A stretch of 64,000 nt of DNA from NCBI GenBank assembly GCA_013265495.1, contig MU057711.1:1860001-1924000 (forward strand), given 5' to 3'. The notes under the pieces were generated by a model, which did no database searches, had not been told where the DNA came from, and saw only the letters and a program-made list of their open reading frames with translations. Below are positions 38,351-50,728 of this stretch, one piece after another. Both the position numbers and the translations under genes were made by a program. Every line of letters begins with the position of its first letter. The first letter of the stretch is position 1. The stretch is from Vicugna vicugna (lineage: Eukaryota).

Positions 38351-40484
38351 TACTCCCACTGGAAGCTTTTTACAAAACATGTGTTGCTGACATGTTGACA
38401 GATTGCTCAGTGAAGTGTTTAGGTGCATGCACAAGGCGGGCCTTTGGAGACGCTCGGCGCTGCCAGCGAGTCTCCCAACGCTGGAACTGGTACCATCCAT
38501 ATTTCATAACGGGGGAGGCCACGGCAGCCGGGGACGGGAGGAGTGTTCTCCGAACCAGCAGCCAGCCTCGCACCCCTCTGCCGAGGAGCCACTTCGAGTG
38601 GGCCGGCCCCGTCCTCGCCTCTGGAAGCCAGTCTGTTGCAGCACAGCTGTGACGGCCCTTGTCTCCCTGCCAAGGGCTTTACTGAAGGAATCTTGAGGCG
38701 ACCTCACTGATCACTGCAAGGCGTCGGGCAGACCAAACCGAGGAGGGGACAGGGTGGGGGCAGGGGGCTTGGCAGGACCCACACCTCCACCCCCAGCCCT
38801 CCAGGAGAGGCTGCGTGGCGGCAGGGAGGGGGTTTGAACTGGGGCGCACCGGTCTTGACAGCGTTAAGCTCAGGAAAGTGATCTGTGACTTTAATAAGGC
38901 AGAGGGGCTCAGAGGAATTAGCTGCCTAGGTGATGGGGGCTGGAGATGGATGGAAATGTATTCATGGCCTGGTGGGCCAAGGGCCAGGCTGGGACCCTGG
39001 GGAGGTCAGCTCACCCACAGCCCCATGCGCTCCAGGGCCCTCCTCTGCAGAAGAGTTTCTCAGCCTCTCGAGGAGGGAGTGTCGAGCGGGCCTGCCTGTG
39101 CACACGTGCACGTACACACACACACATACACACACGCACGCACATTCTGTGGCAGGATAATGCGCCATATGCCCGTGTTCATAAAATTTTAAAGGTAAAA
39201 GCAGATGTAATTTGATAAATATGTACATGTGTTGATAGGAACACACACACCAACCGACACAAGCACACACATTCCAACGCTGGGCCTTTTCCTTCCGCCA
39301 CGGCTCTGCTTTTACCTTTAGGACCTCCCCACACGCGCACCAGGATGCGAGGCGGCCTGCTACACCACACCACGGCCATGGCCGCTGGAACACACAAAGA
39401 CATTCCCTCCAAAAATTCCATAGCTTTTTTTTTTTAATTATTCTCTTTGAACCGTACTATTACGTTGTCAGCTTGGGGTTTTCCTTTATTGAATTTTTTT
39501 TAAAGCACGTTAAGGAATAAAAATCAATTGATTGGCACAACAGCATTTAGCATCAAGGATGTGGAGGGTCATGGGGGACGGCGACCATGTGTCCAGCCCA
39601 GCCCTGCATCTTCCTGGGACCTCACCTCCACACTGAAAGTTGGCTGGTGAGTTCCACAAACACCTTCTCACCCTGGTGGCCCTTCTAGTCTTTTTTCTCT
39701 TTTCAGAAGTAAATTGCATTTCAATGGGCAAATGGCTTTTCCAAGAGAACGGTGCAAGATTCCATTCTCTCAAGCCCCTTCACAGACTTCTGGGGACAAA
39801 GGCTCCAGAGAAACGCCTGGCAGGGGAGCCCCCCACCCCCGCCCCGGGGGCCAGCTCTTGGGGAAGTCAGCTGGGGATGGATAAGGCTCTGCTGACTTAA
39901 TGCAGTCCTTCCCACCAGCAGCCCTGGTGAGAAATCTTAAATCTGGAGCAGGCTGGCTCCGAGGTTGCCCCAAGGTGATAGGCCGGCAAGGTTGTGTGTC
40001 TACCAGCTCCCTGTGTTTCCGGTCCTGAGCTCAGGGCATCGCCAAGGCACCACGTGCTGAGTGAAGAAGTGAGTGAAGAAATGGACGGATGACAACACAG
40101 GCCGTGGCTCAGGACGTGGAGGTCAGCCCCGCAGGTACACTCTGTGGCAGTCCCCAGAGCTGACTTTGGGGAACCCTCTTCTTCATAAAGGAGACTTGGT
40201 CCTCGAGGTTGATAGAGGCGGCCGATCCCAGGTCCCAGGGAGCCTTTGTCCCCACCCTGGCTATGATGTGGCGTGAAGAACTGAGAAGGAGGGGAAGAAT
40301 CTTTGGGAGAAACCCCTTCCAGAACCTCACCCCTTCCAGACATCACAATCCATGCACAACTCCATGTAAAGCTCCCACTAAGTGCACCAGGCCTGCCACA
40401 CACGGTCCCCCCTGGAGTCCCCCATCCCCTGAGTCTCCCAGTCCTGATCCTGGGTGATACGAATCTATGTTTACGTCTGAAATA

Positions 40485-40593
40485 CGGTGACAAGCTTTCC
40501 CAGTTTGTCTGGGATTCTCCCAATTTTAGGGCTGAAAATCTTACATTCCAGGAAGCCCTCAGTCCTGGGCAAACCAGGATGCTTGGTCAGCCT
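40485..40593 (+). mobile_element. MER94-like hAT-Blackjack MITE
   Basis: GGTGACAAG...CCCAGTTTGTCTGGGA...CTGAAAATC...CCCTCAGTCCTGGGCAAACCAGGATGCTTGGTCAGCCT, with inverted termini. Confidence 0.75.
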
Positions 40594-42609
40594 CTCCCCT
40601 TCTCCCCAGACTGCGGCTCCGGGGGGGCAGAGACCAGGGTAGAGCCTGATTCGTAGTTAGAGTGCAATAATATTGTTTAATCCCTGCATGAATGAATTAA
40701 GGCTTTTGTTCCTGGCTCCAGGAGACCTGAGGGAGTATGAAGGTTTGTGTCTCATCACACAGGGTGAAGCTCCACTCCCAGCTAACTGCTCCTCAGAGCT
40801 CACACACCAGGCGCCAGAACGTCCCACCTTGCAGGCACCTCCACCCCATACTGGGGACCCTCCTGCTCACCCCCAGCAGCAGCGACATGACCACCTAGAA
40901 CCCTCCAGCTCCCTCCTGGCCTGGAAGCCACTTTTGAGCAGTCATCAAGCCTACTGACCTCGAGGCAGCCTTCCTTTCCACCCACGTCCCTCCCCCTCCC
41001 CCAGCCCCTCTGCTGCCTGAGCTTTGGACTTTTCAAGGTCAAATAGGGCTGGGTTGCAGAGTCTCCATTCTGGGAGGAGGTGAGAGGGTCTTTGGAGTGG
41101 AAGAAGGAAATGGCCTCAAACTCAGGCTTAGCTCTGGCTCCATCAGGAGAGAGGAGAATGCAGGAGGACACATTCATTCAACAAACACTTTCCGTGAGCC
41201 CTCCAGTCAGGCCCCAGGCGAACAAAGGTGGACAGTCAAGGTCCTCTCCTTTCCACGGTGGACCACTGGGGTGGACGTGCCCAGCCTTGCCTGAAGCAGA
41301 TTGTGATACACACCTGGGCACAACCGGACAAATGGAACATCATAAAGCCGATTAAAGGAGGGGGTCTAGGACAGTATTCAGCAGTATGATAAACTGTTTA
41401 CCATCAATAGGTACATGGGGGGAAAAGGAGATTACAGAACGAGAATTAGGAAGGACAACTGTCAAAACGATTGCAGTGGATCTCTGGATTGTGGCTGGAT
41501 TTTATTTTCTTCTTTTGGCTTTATCTTTACTTAACAGATTTACAGCAAATTTGTCTAACAAGCATGACACAAGAAAAATGTATTTTGAAAACAAGGGAAT
41601 AGGCCAAGTGCTGCTGGGGGCCCCAGAGGAGGAGCCGGACAGCGTCCGCTCAGAGGCCAGGGAAGGCTTCCCGGGAGGCCAGAAGGATGGGTCTGGCTTT
41701 GCCAAGGACGCAAACTCAGGGGCTGGTTTTCCAGGCAGAGAATGGCCTGGGCAAGGACACAACAGACTTCAAGGACAGTGGCAAGGTGCAGAGTGGGGAG
41801 ACAGGCTGCAAAATAGGGACAGACCTGACCACAAATGGCCACTAGAGTAAAGAGGTGAATCAGAGGCTCATGTCCCTCAGAGCTCTGACCCACCACCACG
41901 CCCCACCCAACATGAGACCACAGTTTGTCTTTGAAGAACTGGTTTCCATCAAACAAGCAGCCCCTTAAGATAGGTGGGGCCGCAGTCCCAAATGAGGTAG
42001 AGCCTTCAAGTTCTTACCTCCAAGCAGGTCATTGCCGCCGTGTCTGGCCAAGCAGACAGAAACTGGAACCAGTCCCACCCCCTCCAACAGGCATCGAACC
42101 CCCATTCCCACATTCTCAAGGGGCTCGCTGTCTTGTGAGGGCCCAGGGCCTGCCTCAGCTGCCCCGATGTTCCTGATAGAGCAGGTGTGATTGGGCCCAG
42201 GGCCCCGCCTCCGGGAGGCAGGTTTCCAAGCTGCTGGAGGGACAACTCCCACTGAACGGAGTCCAGGTGTCAGAAGGAAATTAGAACAAATGACCCCGCC
42301 ATATTTTTTATCATCCATTCATAAAAAATACAAGAGCAAGATGGAAGGAAAATAGGTCAGTTCAGGGAGATTTACAGCGACTTAGAAATCTAAACATCCC
42401 CCGAAGGTCTTCAGACTCCATCTGGCTTCTGAGGACCAGGTCTGCTTGACCCAGAAGGGAAGAGGGAGTCCAGACATGCAGAGAGAGTGAGCTTACGGCC
42501 TGGGAACTAACGACACAATGGCATCTTCAGCCTCACAGCTCGGGGGGCCCAGGCCACATGACTGCTGGCCCCCAAAGGAAAGCTCATCATCAAAACCCAG
42601 AATGTCCCA

Positions 42610-43520
42610 CAGAGGCATCCATTCTCCACATGGCAGGACAGTCATCTTTTAAAAACAAACATCTGACCATGTCAGTCCTAGGCTCATCCCTTCCAATGGC
42701 TTCCCACAAGTCTTAGGCTAAAATCCCCACTCTTTCCCATGCCATCCAAGGCCCTGTGTGATCTGACCTCAAAAGATCTCTCAACATGATCCCAAGCCCT
42801 CACTTCACCAGTACCTACCACCCTGGCCACCTTGCAGGTCTTCCAACATGCTGTGTCACCTCTGCTTCCCCAGGGCCTTGCATGTGCTCTTCTCTCTGTC
42901 TGCAGCCCTCTTCCCCATAAGCCTTCACCCACTTATCTCTTACTCATCCCAGAACCAGGGCCAGGACTTTTAGAGGCCCTACATATGGAAAAGAACAGGC
43001 ACCACATTCATGTAATTCAAAAGAGAAAAAAACACTACACTATGAAGTATAAAGGAAGTCTTGAAAACATTTTTTATTGACTCATTCATGTATTTATTTG
43101 TGCATCCTCTAATGCTTTTTTTAAAAATACCCTACATCAAATTCTTGCAGAAAAATTTTTTTCTCACATGGGAGTGGCCCTGCCCTACTGGCACCCTAAG
43201 CACATATCTGCATGCAACTCAGTTCAAATCTCAGCTCCAGCATCACCACCTCCAGGAAGCCCTTCCTGACATCCCACTGCTGCCAGCACCACCACAAAGA
43301 TAAGATGCAGAGGCCCCTCTCAGCTCTTTCACAGCACCACCCTAGAAGCACTGGCCACAGCTGTGATTTTTCCCCTTGTCTGTGTGATTCCTGGTTAACG
43401 TTGCTGCTGTCAGCTCCACCAAGGAACTAACACCTACCCTGCTCAGCAGACTGCCCCTGCCTTAGTACAGTGCCCAGAACATAGGAAGTGCTCAAGAAAC
43501 AGTTGTTGAAGGAATGAATA
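42610..43520 (+). mobile_element. L2 LINE 3' region, split by an unidentified AT-rich insertion at about 42955-43200
   Basis: ATCTGACCATGTC...TTCCAATGGCTTCCCA...CAGGGCCTTGCATGTGCT; resumes with CACCTCCAGGAAGCCCTTCCTGAC and ends ACAGTGCCCAGAACATAGGAAGTGCTCAAGAAAC..TTGTTGAAGGAATGAAT. Confidence 0.8.
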
Positions 43521-44101
43521 GACTAATGCCTGCATGAATGACGCTGGGATGACAGTTCACACGACGAACACAATCATCAATTAACCAAAAGGAGCCATTG
43601 TCACTGAGCCCCTGGGATGAGCCGATTCCCCTAGTGAATTCAAATCGTTCTTCCAGCAAGCAGTTGCAAAATGCCCTACTATGTGCCAGGCCCTGAGGAC
43701 ACAACAATAAACAAGACAGGCCTTATCTTCCAGCAGCTCAGCCCAGAAAAATATCAAAAACCCAAATGCTCGGCAGCCGTTTCCCGCGGAGCCTCGGAGT
43801 GTCGGGGAAAACCGACATGAAGCTCATGCACGCTGCGTCACTTCCGGGTCCTGTGTCGTCGTGCTCGTCCTCAAGGTCAGGATGGTGCCCCCTACCCAGT
43901 ATAAGCAGGGGCGCACCTCTTGACTTTCTTTCCTTGAAGTGGGGAGGGATGATTATAACTTGCAGCCCCCTTAAGCGTCCAGGACGCCACTTCCTTCATA
44001 CAACACACACCGCTCTTACTTCGTGCCAGGCACGGTGCCAGCTACTGGAGACATAGAGACCTGGCCACTGTCCCTGCCCTCAACAAGGGCTGAGCCCAGC
44101 T

Positions 44102-44293
44102 CAGTGGCTCAGCTTGGGTGCAGCACTGCCTGGCCTTCAGGGGCGTTTTTTTTCAAGAGCTGCAACAATCAGGGAGGTTGCTACTGGCATCTAGTGGGCA
44201 AGGCCAGGGGAGCTGAATGTCCTGCAAAGCAAGGCACAGACCCCCAGAACGAAGGGTTACCCGCTCTACATGCCTCCTCGAGGCTGGAAATTC
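44102..44293 (+). mobile_element. MER20-like hAT-Charlie element
   Basis: Hallmark core TGCTACTGGCATCTAGTGGGCAAGGCCAGGG...GCTGAATGTCCTGCAA. Confidence 0.75.
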
Positions 44294-44524
44294 TAGCACA
44301 AATCCACCAGCTGTAAACAAACCAACAAACCCCGTCTTGACTTGCACAAGTGCTGGAGAGCAGGGTGCCAAACGTGCAAAGTGAGATAACCTCTGGTCCC
44401 AAGATGTGAGATCGGCCAGACGGGTCCAGCTTTGGCCCCTAGAAAGCCCCAGCTCCCATCAAAACTCTCCTTCCCCACTTCCCAGGTCCTGTTTGCCTTC
44501 AGAGTTTGTTTGGCGATCCTAAAG

Positions 44525-44692
44525 TCCTTGCCACTCCAAGGGTGGTACCCAGATTGCAGCATCTCAATCCCCTGGGAGTGTAACAAATGCAGAATCGTGG
44601 CCCCTCCCCTTCCCAGACCTGCTAAATTATAACCTACATTCTCACAAGATCCCAGGTGATCTATATGCACTTAAAAGTTTGAAAAGCATTGC
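44525..44692. mobile_element. MER5A-like hAT-Charlie element
   Basis: GCAGCATC...CCTGGGAG...AAATGCAGAATC...CCCAGACCTGCTAAAT...ACAAGATCCCAGGTGATC...AAAGTTTGAAAAGCATTG. Confidence 0.8.
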
Positions 44693-45334
44693 CTGAGGCC
44701 ATTCCAGGACAGCCCTCCAGGCACTTTCTGTTCAAAAATCCCCAGGAGTTGGCAGGGAGGCTCCATCTACCTCCAACACCTCCAAGCCCCTGGTCCCATG
44801 TCCTCTGCATCCCTGGTGACAGAAGACAGAGCACCTTCATGGAGAGCAGACCAGGTGCCATCAGACAGATGGTGGGGGGCTCTTGTCTCCCTACTCAGCT
44901 CCAAGGTGGGAAAACAAGAGGGGGAACCCCCATAACAACTCAAACACATGTCAGCCTTAAGTAACCCTTTCAGAAGATTCCCGTGTATGCCCCAGGTAAG
45001 TCAAGGGGTGATACGCGTCGGTACAAGGCATTCTTCTTGTTATTCCTGACGGGATTACCAGCCTGAGCGGACCACGGAATGAGTATAAAATGAGGGCTGA
45101 ACTGTCTGCCCCTGAACCACACCAACATTTGTGCCCCTCACCCCCAGGCTTAACTTAGGGTGCTGTGGAATTTTGATCCAAGTCTAATATCATAGCTAGT
45201 CTCCCAGCTGGACTCTAAGCATCTGAGGAGGGAGGAATCTGACTCCTTTTTGTAGACACCTCAAGCCCCAAAACTGATCTGGCACAGTATATGATACCAA
45301 GTAAGTACTGAAATAACGCTTGTGAATGACATGA

Positions 45335-45545
45335 GAGGGGATGGGAGGGGATGGGATGGAATGAAGTGGGATAGGATGGGACAGGATGGGACAGGATGGG
45401 ACGGGACGGGATGGGATGGGATGGGATGGGATGGGATGCAATGGGACAAGAGAGGATGGGGATGAAACGGGATGGAATGAGAGAGGATGGGAGGACATGG
45501 GAGGGAATGAGAGAGGATGGGATGGAATGGGGAAGGAATGGAACA
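45335..45545 (+). repeat. (GGGAT/GGATG)n pentanucleotide simple repeat
   Basis: About 200 bp of degenerate GGGAT units with a pure GGGA(C/T) core at about 45397-45437. Confidence 0.95.
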
Positions 45546-45569
45546 GAATAACATTTGGGCCCAGCAATG

Positions 45570-46230
45570 CCCCCTTCTCTCCACCAACCGTGGAAAAAGT
45601 GTAGGAGAATGTTTGCTACAGCAAACAGTCAGCAACAACCTAAATGCCCATCCCAAATCAGAAACAGCCATGGTCCATCCATGCTATGCAATGCCACAAA
45701 GCAGTGAATAAAGAATAAGGGAGATCTCTATACCAACATGGAAAACCCTCCAAGGCATAATACTTCGTGGGGAAAAAAAGCAAGTTGCAGAATGATAGAT
45801 CCAATATAGTATCATTTATTTTTTAATCAAAAATCAATATAACATTGTTTCTATGGATACACATACACCACATTACATCAAATCCAAGAAACCATAGATT
45901 GTAAAATGCACCATTATTTTATGCACCACTAAAAAAGCAAAACAGAAAACACTGTCAATTAAGCCATGACGGGCCATTAATTTTAAGATTCATCTCAATT
46001 TCAGAAATGTTACAGTGTATCTTAGAATCTCTGAAACATGATATTATGTAAATCTTTAGGAGAAGGTCTTAAAGCAAGCCAGCCAAGCACGGTGTCTGCA
46101 ATTAACTTGGGGGTGGGGGACAGGAAGAAGGAAGCCTTCGCCTTATCCGTATCTTTGAAATTTTTACAAATATAATACATTTATACATTAGTGGTATTTA
46201 ATAATGTCTTAAAAACTTGTTTTAAATAAA
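45570..46230 (+). mobile_element. Old L1 (L1ME-like) 3' fragment interrupted by a DNA transposon
   Basis: Typical L1M 3' motifs: AACAACCTAAATGCCCATC, ACATGGAAAACCCTCCAAGGCATAAT, AAAAGCAAGTTGCAGAATGAT. Confidence 0.7.
45868..46041 (-). mobile_element. MER104-like Tc2/mariner non-autonomous DNA transposon
   Basis: Degenerate terminal inverted repeats, and internal TTAGTGGTGCATAAAATAATGGTGCATTTTACAATC (minus strand) matching the recalled MER104 consensus. Confidence 0.75.
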
Positions 46231-48611
46231 AAGTGGCAGAAAGCCTCATCCACCCCTCACTTAAAGGTGAAGCAATGCTGACAATATTGGACCAGCGCGC
46301 AAGTCATCAGAGACACGGGGACTTTCCACAGTGATAAGTCGGGGTGGGGCCGGGGTGGGTGAGCCAGGGGGATGCTGCAAAGCTTTGAGGAGAGAAGGTA
46401 GTGCTTATGAATGTCCATTGGGAAAGTGTCACGGAAAAAAGAAACGACAGGAAGAGGACTTGGGGAAACGAACAATTCGCCATCGACTCGCAGACCAACA
46501 TCAGGGCCACTCGGAGGGGCTAGGGTTGTCCCCCAAAATGGCTACTTCATCTGCCCTGGCTGCTCTCTGCAAAAGCAGTTTGGAAAGTCATAATGCCATC
46601 CTGAGTGCATCACTCACAAGGGATGGCCTTGGACTCAAGCTTCTAATTCCGCCTTAATATCCAATTCTGTGTGTCAGGGAGAGCTGAACCTCGGCCGGCA
46701 GCAGCCGCGTCACCTTGCCCTGCGCACAAATAAAAATAGCTTTGGTGCTCAGAGCCTAGGTTTCCTTGCCTTATCCTCTGGGGTCCCAGGAGCCGCGCAG
46801 CCGGTGGATGGAAACCACGTGCGATATAAATACATAATGAACAAAGAGGCTCCTCAGAAGCATCCTTGACCTTCCTGCTCTCCTTGACTTCTCCCCTGCC
46901 ATTGTCCCCAGTGAAGCCGTAAATGGAATGACACTGGGGAGGGGAGGGCAGCCACCAAGTGCCCTCCTTGCCAATTTCTCCAGTATTTCAGCAGTAAAGG
47001 GCGTCGATCGGAATGACAACCTACTCAATTCTCCATCAACGCAAATAACAAAGTTTTGGCAGCACAGGACGCGATCTGAACAGCTACACCTGCCAGGAGC
47101 CGGGCCTGGTGTCTGACAGATTTGCTCCTCTGTGCCCATAATCTGCAGCATTACAGTGCAAGGCCACATCGCTGACTAACACCACATCCTGCAAAAAGAA
47201 AACCAAACGCCAAACCGCCACAGCCACCCGCCAAGGCCCTAAGGCTCTGAGACAAACGTGTGGCTCGTATTCCTGCAAACAAATCCACACAGGAAACTTC
47301 CCCCTTTTACAAATCGGGGATAATCTCCAAAATCTGGCTTCTCAGCAGCATCTAAGCCAGCTCCTGGGGCGCAGTGATGCAAAGGGCGTTGGACATTGGC
47401 CCCTCCAGGTCCACCCTCCACCTCGTCCACCCACTCCACCAACAGCCTGCTCAACCTGGGGCTTCCTGTTGGGTTCAGCTGGAGGTCCGGCAGAGACTGG
47501 ACGCTGAGAGGGGGCAGAGTTGGGGTATTTATTCTTCCAGCAAGCTTACAGGTCATGGGAGATCTCCTGCAGGGCAGCCCTGTCCTCTGGCTGCTCTCTC
47601 CAGGTTCCAGCAAACACCGCTCCCCTCGCCCTGTTAGGTTCTCCAGCATCACTGGGATGTCCCCAGTGTTCCCCTACCCCTGCTGGCTTCCCTTCGCCCC
47701 ACCCAGCTCCGTAACAGCGCTTAGTAAATGCTCCTGATCGCCCTGTTTGAGTGTGCCATCTGTTTTCTGTGGGGACCCTGACTAAGGGGGTATCCTTAAC
47801 ACAGATTTTAAGTAAATATGTCAACAAGGTGTCTGTTAAGACTGTGATAAAAAGACGTCAGAGGGAGCAGTGTAAAATACGGCATCAGTGAGAGTGATGA
47901 GAGAGTTTCAAAATCAGTTACGAGACAAGCAGCCTGCGGCGAAGGCGGTCAGGGGACAGCGCCTTTTTCATCCCTCACTCCCCTACACCGGAGTCCTCAG
48001 CCCCTACCCTCTGTGACCCAGTCACTGCCCTTCTCCTTGCAACTCTGCCAATCCTTCCACGGGGAAGACAATCAGTCCTGGCACGACCCCACGAGATCAA
48101 CCCCTTCTAAAACCCCCCTCCAACGAATGAAGTTGCCACTCCATTCGTGCTTCTCAAATCCCACCCCCAGGAGCCTTAGGAGTTTCCCACGCTCTGCAGA
48201 AGGGACCCAGACTGTCATTACGCATTTATCTACTTAACATCGCCATGATCTGTCTCCTCTGCAGAACAAAAGCTTCCTGAGGTCAGGAGTCTGCTCTATC
48301 CCTGACACCCAGCCAGGGCCCAGCACATAGTAGGGACTTTATAACAAACTGTGAAGGTCCCAAATGCAAAATGTCCCTTTCCCCTGGAAGAGCAGAAGGC
48401 ACCCCCTGGTTTGTTTTATGGCCCCAGGAAGCAGGTGGGAAGAACAGTTTCTGGGGGAAGAAAGAAGGGGTAAGGGACACGTGGTTTGGTGGAATTTGAG
48501 AGGAAGCAGGCTTCTCTCCAGACCAGAAGAGACTGTCCATGAGAACTCCTGGTCCTCAGCCATCCAAGGGAGTGACAAATGGAACAACTTGGCACCACCT
48601 TGGCCACTTCT

Positions 48612-49050
48612 AACAAATCATTCAATACATATTTCCTGAGCACCTACTGTGTGCCAGGCCCTGTGCAAGGCCAGAGACAGACAGGCATGAAAAAGGGAGA
48701 GATGGACACTGTTCTCAAGAGGGTCACTTTCTGGTAGCAAAGACAGTAATCCCCAAGCAAGTCAAGAAGAAATTTGGAAATAATAAGAGCTGACTTGAAG
48801 GAAATCAAATGGGATGATTTAACGGAGAGTAAAGGCGAGCAACTTTAGCTGGGGTGAGGGGGTGTCAAAGAGGGCCACCCTGGGTAGCTGAGACCCAGAA
48901 GGAAGTGAAAGTACCTCCAGGTGGAGGAGAGAGTGGTGCAAAGGCCCTGTGGTGAGAAAAAGCATGTCTGCCCAAAGGCTCAAGAGGAGGAAGCAAGCGG
49001 GAAGAGGAAGGTGGGAGAGGCAAGACCAGGTCGGGGGATGATTCATTCTA
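48612..49050 (-). mobile_element. L2 LINE 3' fragment
   Basis: CATTCAATACATATTTCCTGAGCACCTACTGTGTGCCAGGCCCTGTGC...GTGCAAAGGCCCTGTGG. Confidence 0.8.
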
Positions 49051-50499
49051 AGTGCAGGAGGAGAGGAGCACAGGCTGCAGATGCTCTGGGAACAGATGCT
49101 GGGAAGAGGCTGGGAGGCCACAGGCAGATGCCAACCATCTCTCCTCCCCAGCCCCCTACGCCCCTCAGCCACCTTCCTCCCACCTCCTCACCCCTCAGCT
49201 CCTACCTGCTTTTGGAGGGGTCAGACCGGCTCCAGCAGATCTGACCTCATCACCGCCTGTCACTCAGCAGCGCTGATGTGCACAGCCAACCACTTCGAGG
49301 CCAAGACTTCCAGCCCCCAAGGTGGCGGGCGTGGGAGGAGGGGCCAGAGTACATACACTCTCCACAGCCAGCCGCCATCCCCCCACCTGCACAGCTGCCT
49401 CCCAGCCTCAGTTTTCCCAGATGCCCCCCTCCCAGAACAATGATGTCATTTCCAAAGGCAGCCAAATTCTAGCCAGTCAACTCCAAAGTAACTGTTTAAC
49501 ACAAAATGAAGCATTTTATAATCCCCCGTATATATTTTCCCCTGAGCTGGCACACAGTGTTTCAAAACACTGCCAAAACGCTCAACCAATAGTTTAGCTT
49601 TATTTTAGACCAGTGCCGAAGTTAAACTTCAGATTTCCTTGCTCTTTTCCTGTTCTGAAGCCTCCACATAAGCCCCAAGCCTTTGCCGCAGCACCACAGT
49701 GGTTTCTCCCACTCTCCGCCACGCCAGCTACAAGGCCAGGCGAGGCCCGGGGGTGCGAGCCAGAGGAGAGGGAGGGTGGTCCCCTGCTGGCTGCACTCTT
49801 TGAATCGCACGCCCCAGCCAGCAGGAGATAAATTTGCTTGGTTTCTCATTTTGTTTGGGAGTGTGCTTTATTTTTCTGTGTTAGGGTGTCATTTCAGGGA
49901 TGCCAATCATAGGATCTTGGGGTTTGGAGGAACCTGAAAAATAGACCACTGCCAGCTCCTTGACACCCTCCCCATCCCACTCCCCTACCCCTGCCATGAT
50001 CTGATGTATTCATCACCAGGTTTTTAAAGGCTCTTGCCATCAGAAAGTTGCTCTTTATATGTGGGCCAAAATGGGTGGCCTCTACCATTAGTCTCAGTCT
50101 GTCCCTTGGAGTACCAAGATTAATGGAAAGAGGGGTCAGATATCTCATTCCCAACCATGTGTGGTACACAGCTTTGCCCAGAGCTTCCGCTGGGCAGCCC
50201 TCTCCATTAATACGTCTCCTCCAGAGGTAAGAGTAAAAATACCAACCCCTGGATCACCATTATAGGAACAGACACCAGTTCTGCTCTGAACAGGCTGGGC
50301 CAGTTCTGAACTGGTGGGACTGGCCAAGCTCTTCCCTAACCCTGAGGTCTGGTCACCTACTCTGGGATTTTTGCTGCCTGGGATTAAATGACCCAAGTTC
50401 CTTCCCTCTTTGGGCTGCTTCTCCCTAAGAGCATCCAGCACCCGCTGCTTCTGCCAGCAGCACTGTGGTTTCCTCCGGGGAGGATCTCTGGGTCTGCCA

Positions 50500-50728
50500 T
50501 TCAGAGCACTAAGCTCAGCCTGAGCCGAAAGCCAACAGTGTTCATCAGAGCCAGGAGACGCGGGAGGACTGGGTCCCAAGGCCTTCGCCAGAGTTCCTGG
50601 ATTCAGCCATGCCTGAAGCTATTCCCTACAACTGGAATCTCTATTTATAAGGGCCCACAAATCCCCCTACTTGGTTCAAGCAAATTAGGGTTTGAGTTTT
50701 CTGACACTAGCCGCCAAGAATCCTGACT
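50500..50728 (+). mobile_element. MaLR LTR remnant (MLT1-like)
   Basis: CCTGGATTCAGCCATGCCTGAAGCTA...AAATCCCC...TTCAAGCAAATT.GGGTTTGAGTTTTCTGACACT...AAGAATCCTGACT. Confidence 0.7.
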
